This document shows positions 11,200 through 23,839 of a DNA stretch of 64,000 bases, piece by piece. The stretch is from assembly GCA_040285825.1 (NCBI GenBank), contig JAUPSS010000003.1, positions 1,116,001 through 1,180,000 on the forward strand, in the 5' to 3' direction. Source of the DNA: Eukaryota sp. TZLM1-RC. Lineage: Eukaryota > Protista > Metamonada: BaSk clade. The translations under genes and the position numbers were made by a program. Each line of letters starts with the position of its first letter. Position 1 is the first letter of the stretch. The notes beneath the pieces were generated by a model that saw nothing but the letters and a program-made list of their open reading frames with translations, ran no database searches and was not told the origin of the DNA.

Positions 11200-12775
11200 A
11201 ACTGGAGTATCATTTTTTAGAGGAATTTTAATTGATGATATATTTTTTATTCATCTTGCACACTTAATAAAATTAACTCATAACTAATGGGACAAAATTC
11301 AATAAACCATAATTTCCTCTACAAAATCTTGATCTGCTTGCTGTCTAGCTAAAGTTTCTCTAATTCGATTAAAAAACAGTGGTAATGTATTAATATTGGC
11401 AAAATGAATCCGAGAGCGCCATAAAAAGATATCAAATCTTTTCATTGTTTTTTCTTGAACCATTTTTTGGAAACCATTCAAAAAAGTTCCTGCTTCTACT
11501 GATAGTATTCCGTTTATCGAAAATGGGAAAGCAATAAAAACAAGGTTTATCTTAGTCCACATTGTGGAGGTTTAGGTTGGGCAAACGCTTCTATTCTTAC
11601 TTCATGTTCTTTTATCGGTGGATGTAGAAATGCAATTTTTGAGTTTTCTGAAAGATTTGCAGATTGGGAAGATTTATTAATGACAACACAAAGTTCTACT
11701 ATCTTTTGCAGTAAATGAAGAAATTTAAACAATTGATGTAGAAAAATGGAGTCGATGCTTTCCCCAATCATTTAATTTTAAGATCCCTGAAAAGAATTTT
11801 TTAAATTTAAAATTCACCCTTCGAACATTACAGAAACGATTGACTGGAATGTACGAAAATGATCTTTACAAAAATATATGCAGCTTGTCTGTTTTAGATC
11901 AAGATCTTCACTCATTGTTATTGGAAAAAGGTGTTTGTGAACATCAGTCATCAGATTCTTCACTTTTTGTAACAATTGTACCACGAAGATTTGGACTGTG
12001 TGCTAATAATGAAGCGTTTGTAACAAAAATGAGATTATATTTGAATATCCCCATTAACCAACTATTAATAAAAGAAAACGTATTTGTTCGAATTCACCTC
12101 AACTCACTTTGCGCCATGCTCTGAATTGTTCGAAGTTGATAACTTATCGTTCATCATTACATGATATCTGTTAGAGACACTGTTTTTAATATGGCACGAA
12201 CTGCAACAATCTCGTGTATCAAAGAGCCTCTGCTGAAAGAAACACTGTCATTGAATAATTTTGGTTCTGATGACAGAGGTGATGTATACTGTGATTGGAT
12301 TGAGAACTCTGAGGCTGTTGTTGACTTTGTCTTACTATAATGTTGCAAATGACACTTTGGTTCAAAGAAGAAAACTTAATGCTGTAAATGCTCATGAATT
12401 TAAAGCTAAAGAAAATCATTGAAAATATGACAAAGTCATCGAAGAAGCTAATGCTGGTAGAAATAGATTACTTGTTTTTATTGCTTTCCCATTTTCGATA
12501 AACGGAATACTATCAGTAGAAGCATGAACTTTTTTGATTGATTTCCAAAAAATGGTTCAAGGAAAAAAACAATGAAAAGATTTGATATCTTTTTATTGCA
12601 CTTTCGGATTCATTTTGCAATTATTAATAGATTACCTCGGTTTTTCAATCCAATTAGAGAAGTTTTAGCTAGACAGCAAGCAGATCAAGATTCTGTAGAG
12701 GAAATCTTGGTTCATTGAATTTTGTTCCATTAGTTTTGAGTTGATTTTGTTAAGTGTGCAAGTTTATTAATATGA
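11200..12775 (+). mobile_element. degenerate non-LTR retrotransposon relic (family F)
   Basis: LSPHCGGLGW..FIGG thumb motif at ~11550, SLFVTIVPRRFG..MRLYL, DDRGDV..VVDF, AFPFSING. Confidence 0.8.
11245..11545 (-). mobile_element. family F 3' fragment nested antisense in family F relic
   Basis: Reverse complement of ~12470-12765; AFPFSINGILSVEA..EEIMVY. Confidence 0.8.
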
Positions 12776-13439
12776 AACTGGTTGAACATATAAGGATTTC
12801 TTTTGTTTTTACTTTTCCTGAATTCGTTCAATTTTTCTGAACAAGTTGCCTTCCTTCCTCACTCCCCGTTCAACATTTTTTGTTTCATATTCGAAAGATC
12901 CAATCAATAAGCTGCTATTTAAGGTTCATCAGCTTATTTCTGGCTGAAACTTCCGAACGTGGTCTGATGTCAATTGTTCTGGATAAATGAATTTTAACCA
13001 GCAGACGGAAAGTGAAGTCCAATTCTAAATCTAAGAGTTGTATTTCTGCAGTTAATTCTTAAAGCTTTCGGACGAGATCTTTTGTACTGTGGACAATTGG
13101 TCTAGTACATTTGTTATAATATACACTTCATTAGTGATGGCCTTTATAGGGGCCGGTGAAATTTAATATATATCTTTTATCTTTATTTTTTTATGTCTAA
13201 CCACAGAGCATCGGTAGTTCTTATTTAAATGAAAGAAAACATTAAAGATATAACCTTAAGCGATATGTATTATCAAAAAACATTTGAAACTAACTTTATT
13301 TTGAATTGACAACTACAAGAGTGATTAATTTCACCAAGTTTTCAATTTAAGGAAAACAATTTTTAATTATTTCTAATTGTTTCAATTCTGTGTTGACTGT
13401 CATGGATAACGCTACACATACCACAACTATGGGAGCGTC

Positions 13440-14200
13440 AGTCAACTAGTTTTTCTGCTCAGAAGCACGAAAACCTATGGAACGCCAGTTCCAAGTTCTC
13501 GCTGGTATTGGAGCTCATGATACTCACCTTGCACAACTCTTTGTACCCCAATACCGAGAACACTTCATATGGTTTACTTAAAGCCAATTCTGGAGCCTTT
13601 GTTTCGACTTTGTTTGTGAAAGAAAACCCAAACAAAGGAGACAATTCGATAACCATCTTTTGGCCTTTCAAGCGCTGTAAAATCACGTTCAGCACTTTTG
13701 GTATTGGCACCCACTAAATAAAACCACGTCAGCCGACGTTGATAGATCCTGGGGAAATTCTAGTGTGTTTGGGAGCTGAGCCACTCAACTGAGGGAAGTT
13801 GTTTGCCAGTGGTTGGCTGACGGCACTGGTGTTTGGAAAAGCAATTTTTTCTAGAGCTGTGCCCAATGTTTTAATTGCCCTAGTCTTAAAAAGTACGCCA
13901 AATGTGTACTTCAAGGTGTTCAGCCGGATGAGTCAATTTTACAATGATATCCAGAACTGCAACAGCATATTTTGACCCACAGGCTAAATAAGACAGCAAA
14001 TGCTTATGGTGGTGGGGTCAAATTACGTTGGAAACCTCAATCAGAAATGAACGATTTACCATCAAAATGGAACTGCAACCACAATTTTTAAATCGGGACT
14101 GAATATTTCATCTTTTCTAGAAGACAACTTCCCTGAGGTTATGAAAAGGCACTCTTTCTAGACTTTATCCAGTTGGTCTCCATGATTCTGAGGTTTGGAT
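13440..14200 (+). pseudogene. Fanzor N-terminal relic related to the 23840/54300 family
   Basis: Stop-interrupted frame SQFWSLCFDFV..QWLADGTGVWKSNFF*SCAQCFNCP..FKSGLNISSFLEDNFP aligns with HQFWIQCLDFV..QLVADGLVSWKFNFFRSYAIGHNCP..FRCGLTIQNHLEQAFP. Confidence 0.75.
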
Positions 14201-14506
14201 AAAAAAGCCGAAGCTTATTTCACAATGCTAAATGCAACCAAAGAGCTCCTGAACAACCGTTATCGGTATTTCAATAAATCTTACATCTCAGCCTCCAGGA
14301 ATCAGCTGGAGATTGTAAACAGTGAGTATTTAGGCGTGTAAGACGTCTAAGGAGACAGCAGTAGCTGTTTTCATCAACGTATTTCCAAGGTGTTTAGTGT
14401 ATACTAACCCATGGTGCTGAGATCCACATTTACAAATCAAATTATGGGGCACGTCTTTGGGCCAAATGAAATATCGAAGGCGTATTTATGAGAAATTCTC
14501 AAACAC

Positions 14507-15589
14507 ATGTTTAGTATTACTTTTGTATGTGTTTTAGTCTTCACGATTCTAATCGGTTGCGAGACCATATCTCCTGTGTCCGTTGAACCTGCAAGTGATC
14601 TCCAGCATATTTTTTCTGCCCAATCCCAAGGTTGGCTCGGGGCTGATGTAGCTTGTTCAATTCCCATCCCTGTTGCTTCACAGTTCTCTTTCTGGATCTT
14701 TGGGGATACATTAATTGGCAAGTCTGATGGTCAACGGCGAGTAATCGAAGGTATGCCGCGGAATAGTGCTGCTTTGTTAAATATTGAAACCCTACAACCT
14801 TATTTTCTATTACACAATGATAACCAAAAACCGTTCTTCCCACCAGTTGGTCCAAATAGCTGGCTTTGGCCAATTTGGCTGTATTCTACATCTTCAGACT
14901 CTATTAATGTATTGTCGTATTCAGTGGTAGATGATGCATCAGATCCCTTTGGTTTTAAGGTGAACTCCACTGTACTGTCCACAATTACTGATTTGGCAAG
15001 GAATCCATTTGAGTGGACAATTAATTCACACAACCTTGAGTTCACCAATTGCGATTTCACTCTGGCTGCTGGAGTCCTTCATTATCAACATTATGTCTAT
15101 TTTATTGGAGTGGAAAGGTTTGGCGGTGTGTCTAGGAATTTATTGCTTCGTTCTGAATCTCAAAAACCCCTAAAGTCTTCAAACATTGATATTGTAGTAT
15201 TAAATGGTTCATTACCAACTTATATACCATTAACTTCGTATTCACCTTCTCTAAATACACCTCTTTCGTTTGCTGAAGGAACATCTGAAGGAAGTTTGCT
15301 CTACTGGAAGGAACACTTCTTTTGGTTCTACAATGATGCATTTTCTTGTAGCATCGACTATAGAGTGGCAAAGAGATTCGAAGGTCCTTGGTCAGAATCC
15401 AAAGTTCTTTATGTTGTACCTGAAAGATTTCGAAAAGAGCAACGGTTCTTTTACGCTCCAAAGGTACATTTAGAACTTAGCAGCGAAAATGAATTAATTC
15501 TTACATATGCCACCAATTCTTTTGATCAAGATGAGCTAGAAGATGCAGAGCTTTATGTACCGAGGTTTATTAGGTCTATATGGCAGTAA
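14507..15589 (+). CDS. secreted DUF4185/DUF5005-like beta-propeller protein
   Basis: Signal peptide; WLGAD..S, WIFGDTLIG, MPRNS, GPWS, YAPKVH, YVPRF motifs. Confidence 0.75.
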   Translation: MFSITFVCVLVFTILIGCETISPVSVEPASDLQHIFSAQSQGWLGADVACSIPIPVASQFSFWIFGDTLIGKSDGQRRVIEGMPRNSAALLNIETLQPYFLLHNDNQKPFFPPVGPNSWLWPIWLYSTSSDSINVLSYSVVDDASDPFGFKVNSTVLSTITDLARNPFEWTINSHNLEFTNCDFTLAAGVLHYQHYVYFIGVERFGGVSRNLLLRSESQKPLKSSNIDIVVLNGSLPTYIPLTSYSPSLNTPLSFAEGTSEGSLLYWKEHFFWFYNDAFSCSIDYRVAKRFEGPWSESKVLYVVPERFRKEQRFFYAPKVHLELSSENELILTYATNSFDQDELEDAELYVPRFIRSIWQ

Positions 15590-16710
15590 ATTATTAATTA
15601 ATTATTTTATTTTCTGTGAATTGAATAAATTGTTCTTATTTCCAAATTGAATTATGGCTTTTAGTTTCTTTTTAGAATTTCTACAGCAGTTTTTCTTGTC
15701 GATGGAGAAATTTGAGCTTTTTTTCGTTTTGTTTTATCTAAACCAAAAAATTTTGTACAAAGACTTGACCTACATTTAGCAAAAATGCAATTATTGAATT
15801 CTTATTCGTATCATATGTAAGCTAGGCCTTGGTTTGACTACTATTCAATGTTAGATAAACTTCATATGAAGAAATCGACATAATACCTATTATAATCAAT
15901 ATCTGAAGTAACAGCAACAAACCCAGCGCCAAATCAAGGGTTGGATTTTTGACAAAACCAAAATCCAAATTTTCGGGGAAATGCATTGATAAAAGCAGCA
16001 CCAGCAGAACCACCACAATGAGTAGAAACTTCTAATGAAAAACCAGATAGCTTTTTTGTTTCCTGAATGTAAATTTACAAAAGATTAGGTTTATAAAAAT
16101 ATAATTTAGTTTAAAAGATGTGGATTCTTTTTTGTTCAATAATATTTATTTATTGGAAAACTTATAAATCAACATCTAAATAATCCATCTCTCCCAAAAC
16201 AAAACAACTAGGTTCAATTCTCTCATAGTGAGATCCAAGAGAAAGCAAAGCATCTTCAACATCCCCTTACAAATAAAAGCAATTCTATTTAGCTGAAATA
16301 GTATATTGAAATTTCTATTGCCCCTTCATTTAAGAATTAGTTAAACTCTGCCATCAAAGGTAATATAGTGGGAGCAGGTGAACCAAATAGAGAATATACA
16401 AATGGATAAAGATTGTATTTTGCATGATGTGGGGTAAACAATTTAGATAACGGTTCACTTTATCCTTTGATTTTGAAATTTTCAGCATTTGAAAGAGGAT
16501 TATGAATTTCCGAATTAGCAAGCCTTATATTTGAGGCATTACATCCACGAAAATGAAGGTTTTATCTAATCCAGCTAGTATGGAAATCATCTCCAGCATT
16601 AAACAGATTTGACAACAGAAGTTCCAAAAAGGATTCAATGCTATGAGATTTGCACATACAATGTAATTAATCTTTTACAGCATCATGAACCTTGCTTCCA
16701 AAGATAATAA

Positions 16711-17812
16711 TGTTGTTGTTACTGATTAACTATCTTGCTAGACAGATGAGGAATTTACATGATGACGTGGCACTTGTTCAAAAACAAGTATTTCTATTAA
16801 TAAATCTCTTTTTTCTCTCTTTACTTCTTTGGTATTTCTGCCTAACGGCATCAATAATTATTGGCCCTCATTGCAGATGAAATCTACACACGTACCACAT
16901 CCGTCCCTTGCTTCTATGGAAATGGATGATGTTCTGTTGTTCCTACAACAGTGGAAGGTGTACTCTTCTGTTACACCGAAAAAGGACCTTGTTCCAGCAA
17001 GGCTCCTCGTTGACCCCTTCTTGTTAGAACCATTGGTTCTCACAAGACCTGGGGTCGATTCATCCGATGAGGTGTTTCTGGATCATTTAAGATCCTCCAC
17101 CTTGTTTTCCTCGTACGAGGAATTCAACTTGGTGATGTCTGAGTTGAAGGTTGATGTCCGTAAGGGCGACGTCCGTGAACGTATGTCCTGCTACCTGAGA
17201 CGTTTTCTTCAGGCGAAAAGCAGGGCTTCCGGACTGAAACTGCCTGACTCAGCCTTCATGATCAGATTCGCCAAGGGTATTCTTCCATTAGGACTGCAGA
17301 AATCTCTGATTTCTCGAATTCGGGACGAGGTATTCCCCGATTTTCCTACATTGGTGAATACCGCAGAGAATGAACTACTTGATCGCACGGGAGTAGCTTC
17401 TTGGAACAGGTCTTCAAAGACTGTTTCTGAAAATACCGACTCTGTGCGTCAAGCTGGTATGAAGTCTCGTTCATCGCATAGGTCTCGCAATTTGACTGAA
17501 GGGACATGTTTCAAATGTCACCAGAAAGGTCATCTAGCTCGTGATTGCCCCTCAAAAGTTAGGCACGAAGTCAATCATTTACGCCACGTGCCTCAGTATC
17601 TCACAAATCCCCTTTCTTCATTATGCTAAGTGGTTCACGAAACTGTTGAAAGAAAATGGGAAGAAGTAGTGTTGTTGTTACTGATTAACTATCTTGCTAC
17701 ACAGATGAGAAAGTTACATGATGACGTGGCACTTGTTCAAAAACAAGTATTTCTATTAATAAATCTCTTTTTTCTCTCTTTACTTCTTTGGTATTTCTGC
17801 CTAACGGCATCA
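16711..17812 (+). mobile_element. Gag-only LTR retroelement G1
   Basis: 143-bp LTRs 16711-16853 and 17670-17812 (TG..CA, 3 substitutions seen), 4-bp TSD ATAA, polypurine tract 17648-17669, no pol. Confidence 0.92.
16877..17629 (+). CDS. Gag-like protein with CCHC zinc knuckle
   Basis: CFKCHQKGHLARDC; helical capsid-like region homologous to G2 Gag (LVDPFLLE, RERMSCYLRRF, RFAKGI). Confidence 0.88.
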   Translation: MKSTHVPHPSLASMEMDDVLLFLQQWKVYSSVTPKKDLVPARLLVDPFLLEPLVLTRPGVDSSDEVFLDHLRSSTLFSSYEEFNLVMSELKVDVRKGDVRERMSCYLRRFLQAKSRASGLKLPDSAFMIRFAKGILPLGLQKSLISRIRDEVFPDFPTLVNTAENELLDRTGVASWNRSSKTVSENTDSVRQAGMKSRSSHRSRNLTEGTCFKCHQKGHLARDCPSKVRHEVNHLRHVPQYLTNPLSSLC

Positions 17813-19098
17813 ATAAAATGTTTACAATTTAAGAAATGAGTGATTGTAATTTTTCCACTACAGTTGCAAGTTAAATTATGAGGTAAATCATCTGGCCAGA
17901 TAAAGGAACGAAATCTCATATTCAAAGTCCTTGAAGAATCAGTTAAGAGAGTTCCATAAACTTGAGGAATGGATATGGATTATGACTTGGTTTCAGTTAA
18001 TCATTCTTCAAAATATAAATTAATAGGCTTGAGTTGATTAAAAGGAGTAAGATTTCCCACTCCCTTAAAACTGAATGAAAATAGTTGAAAATTTCTTATC
18101 ATTGATTACAAAAAAGATGGTACAAAGCTAACGCCATCATCAAAGGAAATACTACCCACAGCAAAGCTAAAAGAGAGCTGAGATAAAGTAGGGGTATTTT
18201 TCAGTAATGCGTTAGGATTAGAGAAAGCCTATTTAACAATACTCGGCTCATAAATTGAATTCATTTCACTTAAAGAAAAATGAGGGAAAATTTAGATTAA
18301 ATTTTCTTTTTCCATTTAAACTAAAAACAATGACATCAATTTGATTGTTAATTTAATTCATGTGATCCTTCCATTTCTTACTAATCGCAAAGAATTCTTC
18401 ATTCAGAGCAACTCAGCAATTGGCTTGTAATAGATTTCCCATTAGGAAACTGTGTGGGTTGTTAACAACTGATATAATCAGTGATTAATTTTGTAGCGAT
18501 GAAGGGGTGAAGAAATTGATTTGTGGTTCTCGTTTTGTGCAAATAATTATAAAATCCTCTTTTACCAAACCACTTCTTTCACCAACACTATTCTTTTTAC
18601 CAACACTTCCACGAACACTATAATACAAGATGGATCGATAATATTTCATTTTGGAACTATTATCTATGTGGTGAGTGTTAGCACTTTTAGTTCCAATTTA
18701 AATCACCTATAATGCTACCGTCACTAATTGAATAACACTTCTAATTCATCTAATCTACCTATTCTTTCTTCTTTACTCAGTTCTTAAGGTAAGGCTATTA
18801 AAAAAATCAGAATAACCGCTGTTAATGCTGCTCTCTATCCATTTAATTCTTGAAAAAATACTTAATAGAATTTTCAATAATATTTATTTTATTGATAATA
18901 TTATGAAAATGATTAAAAAATACATTTGTAAAAATTTCATTAAAAAGAAATTTGGAAATATTAACTTATTAAAAGGGATTTTGAGTATTGAAATTCTAGA
19001 ACACTTCTGATCTAGCACACAGGACAGAAGGTTCTTATTTAAGGCTTCATATCACAATTAGATACCTCAGCAAGAAAATTATGTCTTTGATGGATTGA

Positions 19099-22000
19099 TG
19101 GGTTGGTCATAACATTAGAAAATGTCTGATATTATTACCGAAAAAATGAGACTGAAAACCAATATTTCTATTGTTAATAGTTTGCAAACGCCATCCGAAC
19201 TAAATCTTCCTCCTGTTCCCAATGTTTCTGCTGATGATGTTAATTATGATTTAAATATTGATCAAACTCATTTACCAAAAACTGTTGCTCCTGATCCTAC
19301 GGATAATGTCTTGAAACATAGTTGTCCTTTTTGCAAAAAGTTCCTCTCTAATTCTTCTAATGGTCGCCCTCTCTTGTTTTGTTTTGACTGTCAAACAAGT
19401 GATTCTCTTCGTACACCTGTTAAAATTCCTGTAGAGGTGAGTCCAGCGAGTTCTGTTTCTTTGTCAATGGAAATGCGTTCTTTTTCTTCGCAATTGAAAT
19501 TAAACAAATGGAACATAACAAGATTTTGGAAATTCTTTGCCAAAAAGAATAAGAAGAAAATTAATTACAAACCAAAACAGAGAAAAGCTAATTCATCTTT
19601 TCAAGCAAGAAAATTGTTTTTGAGAGGTAGATATGGAAGCGGATTAAAAAATATTTTTTCGGGAAAACTGGCTGATACCAATCTCGAAACTGTTGAAAAA
19701 TTGAAATCCCTCCATCCAACTGAACATTTTTGCCCCAGTAAGCCTTCTATTTGTCAATATTGGCTGGAAAATCCATTTCAGGCTCAAGAAGTATTGAATG
19801 CCGTTGCTAAATTACCAAAAGGAAAAGCTGCTGGTCCTTCAGGCATTTCCTTTGATTTGTTAAAAACTGCCTGTAAAAATGCTCCTGAAATTGCTGAGGA
19901 TCTTGCTTCCTATTTTCAAAACTTAATGTGTTTAAATTATGTTCCTCCGCCTGAATTGACTGCTGCCCGTTTAGTTGCTTTAGTTAAACCTGGTAAAGGT
20001 GACAAACCTGATGGAGTTAGACCAATTGCTATTGGAGAGTCATTAACCAGATTGCTTTCTTCGCTTATTTTTAACAGAATTTCTACTAAAGCAAGGGACT
20101 ATTTGAAGCCTTTCCAATTTGGTATAAAAACTGTTGAAGGTGCTTCTGTTGCTTCAATGACTTCAGATGTTTTTTTCATTGTCAACAACATCAATATATT
20201 TTCAATTTGGATTTCAAAACTGCTTTCAATTCTGTGAAACGTAATTGTATTTTTGATGTGCTTCTTCATGATTTTCCTGAACTTTCTGCATATTTTTATT
20301 TATTTTATGGAAAAAAATCAGACTTAATTTTTGACTCCTTTACCCTTGAATCTTCTTCTGGTGTGAAACAAGGTGATCCTCTTGGCCCTTTGCTGTTTTG
20401 TTTGGCTATTCATAATATTATTAAAATGACACAACAAGATTTCCCTGATTTGCGTATTGTTGCCTATATGGATGACATTTCTATTATTGGTTCTTTTGAA
20501 AGCATTTCTAGGGTCTCTGAAAACATTGTGGCGAAATACAAAGAAATTGGATTAGCTTTGAACCCATCTAAATGTCTCTTGATTGGTAGAGAAAAACAAT
20601 CTTTGATGATTGGTGGAGGTCAGATTCCTTTTATCAATTATGACCAACAAGCTTTTAAGTTTCTTGGATGTTGGCTTGGCAATTTGGATGAAATTTATTC
20701 CCAGTTAAACAATTTATTGGAGAAGTTTGACAAGGATCTTAGTTTTATTGCTGAATGTGACATTGAGAAACACATCAACTTTTTTATTTTAAAAATTTGT
20801 TATTCTGGAAAATTCACTCATATTTTAAGGTCAACTCCTCCTTCGGTATCTCTCAATTTTTGCAGATCTTTTAACAAACTTCGAGTCAAATTTTTTTCTT
20901 TTTTATTAGAAGTAAATGAATCTTTAATTCGAAGTCATGTATTTTGTTCAGCAGATTTGGGTGGCATTGGATTCACCAAATCTTCGATTCTGTGTAAAGC
21001 AGCATTTTTGGGAGGTGGTAAAAATTTTGTTTTTGAATTTTTCCAAAGGTTCCCTTTTGATGTTCATCTGATCAATGGTGAATCAAATTTTTATTCGAAT
21101 CAACTTCAATTTTTTTTTAAAAAATTTAATTTTATTCTAAACCTATAAATCAACATCTAAAAAAATCCATCTCTCCCAAAAACAAAAACACTAGATGCAA
21201 CTCTCTCATAGTGAGATCCAAGAGAAAGCAAAGCATCAGAAACCATCTTCAACATCCCCTTAAAAATAGAAAACACAATTCTATTTTTGCCAAAACAATC
21301 TGTTGAAATTTCTGCCAGTTCTTCTCTTTACAATCATTTCAAAATCATCCAAAAACGTAAAGCAGTTGGTGCAAGTGAACCAAAAAGGGAAAATACAAAT
21401 GGATACAAATTGTATTTTGCATGCTGTAGACTGGCCAATTTGGACAAAGGTTCATTGTATTTTTTTGAATTTAAAATTTTCAGCATTTGAAAGGGGATTA
21501 TGAATTTCAGAATTAACAAGCCTTTCATTTGAGGCATTACAAGGATCAACAGACATTACATCCAATAAAATGAAGCTTCCATCTAATCCAGGTAATATGA
21601 CATCACCTCTATTATTCTTATGAAAATCATTTTCAGCATCAAACAGATTTGACAACAAAGGTTCCAAGAAGGATTCAATTCTATGAGATTTACACATACA
21701 ATATAACTGGTCTCTTACAGCATCATGAACCTTGCTTCTAAAAGTAATAAAATGTTTACAATTTAACAAATGAGTAGTTGTAATTTCTTCAAATCGAATT
21801 AGATAATTTGCCTAGTGATATCTGGATTCAGTGTTTTCCTCAAAATGTTCAAGAAATTCCCACCCGATCACTTCCAAATTTACGTTTTTGCTTGAAAAAG
21901 CTTCAGCACCATCTGGTTAAATTATATGAAGGCATGGATTATGAAGTAAGACTTGGCTTGGCCAAAACTAAAAATCCCGCTTTCGGTAATTTTTTAAAGG

Positions 22001-22865
22001 ATATTCGTGATAGTTCAGCTGCTGCTTTAGTAACTCAAGTTCCCTCTGTTTATGGACTTTTGTTAAAAGACAATGAATGGCTTCTAAACATGCGTTTTCG
22101 TTGTTTTCTGTGGCCAAACAATTTGCCCAATCATTTAACTTGCAAATGTGGTAAACCTCTTTTGTTTACTCATCTTTTGAACTGTAAACATTTCATTACG
22201 TTTAGAAGCAAAGTGCATAATAACGTCAGGGACCAAATTTTTGTAATGTGCAAATCATATCGAGTAGATTCCTTTTTAGAACCGCTGTTATCAAAATTAA
22301 TTCTTGATGATCCCAATATTGATAGTACGCGTTACAACAGAGCTTCTTTGGGTCTGACTAGAGGTGATCTAGTTGTTCCTGGTTTAAATGGTAGTTTTAC
22401 TATTTTGGACGCCATGTCTATTGACCCTTGTAATTCCTCTAACGAACATTTCATTAACTCGGATGTAAATAATCCTCTTCTTGCAGGCGAAAAATATAAA
22501 ATTGCTAAATATGCGAAACCCATTTCCTCGGTTAATGAAAATTCTCATGCCCAATATAATTTATGTCCATTTGTTTTTTCTTTGCTTGGATCTCTAGGTA
22601 AGGCTGCTATGGCTTTCCTTGAGGATTTTGTTGTAGTTGTAAAAGAAAGAACTGGAAGAATTTTCAATCGTGTTTACTGGCAAAACAGGATTGTATTTTC
22701 TATTTTTAAGGGAATGGTAACACTAATTTCTGATTCACTATCTTCTTTTGGGAAATTTTCTGAATCTTTAGCGATTAATTGTTTTGATGTAGGGGAGGCA
22801 GGTTTTGAGGATGTGGAGTTTTAATTGTGTATTTCATATTTGTTGTTGAATAAAAATAAATAAGG
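19099..22865 (+). mobile_element. CRE-like non-LTR retrotransposon family A (RT + RLE)
   Basis: KAAGPSG, RPIAIGE, DFKTAFNS, GVKQGDPLGPLLF, YMDD, CKC..HLLNC, RGDL..LDAMSIDP..KY; 12-bp TSD TTGATGGATTGA 19087-19098/22866-22877; empty site at ~38880. Confidence 0.93.
21110..21786 (-). mobile_element. family B 3' fragment nested antisense in element A
   Basis: Nearly identical to ~35645-36300; T-run at left; TSD CTTCAA 21104-21109/21787-21792; host frame QLQ/IELDNLP restored on removal. Confidence 0.92.
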
Positions 22866-23139
22866 TTGATGGATTGAACATTTAATTAATTGAAATTGAA
22901 GATTTGCTTCAATTCATAAATAAGTTTCTAAATTACAGAACCATGTTTTGTTGTTTTATATCTGATGTGAAAGTTAAGAACTGATGAATTGATAAGGGAA
23001 TTGGTGCTATTGTATTGTCAAAACGGGTTTCAGGAATTTCATCAAAGTCAGAAAAAGACTTATAGGGAAGATCTTGATTCATTTCATCAACTTCCGATAA
23101 TCTCAAGTCACAACTTCAGTTGAGGATATTCAACTTAAA

Positions 23140-23361
23140 CTAAGGAAGAGGAAGTGGATGTGGAGGTGGGGGATCGCCAGAAGGAGGACGAGCAGGGGGT
23201 GCAGCAGAAGTTGTTGGCGCAGTTTGGGATGGACGATCTGCAATAGACTCGAGTTTAGACTCAAGAATAGCCAATAGTGCCTCTACAGACTGTCTTTTGT
23301 TAGTTATCTCCGCTAGTCTATTTATGGGATCCAATGTTTTATAGTCAATGTGTGAGCTCAC
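23140..23361 (-). pseudogene. WASH complex subunit 3 (CCDC53)-like gene fragment
   Basis: IDYKTLDPI and RLAEITNKRQSVEALLAILESKLESI + proline-rich tail; lacks the intervening helix and C-terminal domain; repeated at 38425 and 54687. Confidence 0.65.
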
Positions 23362-23839
23362 TGAATGAAACCTATAATCTCTATAATAGAAAAGCCAACA
23401 GTTCCACCAAGATCACTGGCGAACTCAGATATAGTTGAACGAAGAGCAAAAGGTTCTTCGTCAAAGAGGGAAAGAAATGGTAAGGAAGAAACGGGTGTTG
23501 TGACTTCCCTTGTACATGTTTGTACTGAATAAAGGAATTAAATTGTGAAATTTTACGAATTTATTCAATCTACAAACACTTTTGATTAAACGAGAAACTG
23601 CTTTGACTGACAACAATTTCACCAAATTTCACATCAGTTCACTATTTCTAGGAAAGAAAACGCTTAAAGCAGGTCCAGTATCTATCTAAATTTGTCTATA
23701 TATCAGTTTGTCCATGTTCCATTATTTTGTGGATGTAAGAACTTGAAAATAAACCAAATTTTAACAGTAACTGAAGATCAGAAATCAATCATTTCTGATT
23801 GTCTGTGAACTTTCCGTTTTCAATAAAATCTATGTAGTC

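Larger units (their letters stand above)
16140..17972 (-). mobile_element. family B-like non-LTR 3' relic interrupted by an LTR element
   Basis: NMRFRSFIWPDDLPHNLTCNC..HFLNCKHF resumes after the insertion; similar to 35640-36420. Confidence 0.85.

Noticed and set aside
9960-11200. Scattered 60-73 aa ORFs
   Set aside because: No family motifs; likely decayed fragments
23816-23822. GTTTTCA as a left TIR matching the right end TGAAAAC
   Set aside because: Only 7 bp in AT-rich DNA, and similarity between copies continues past it
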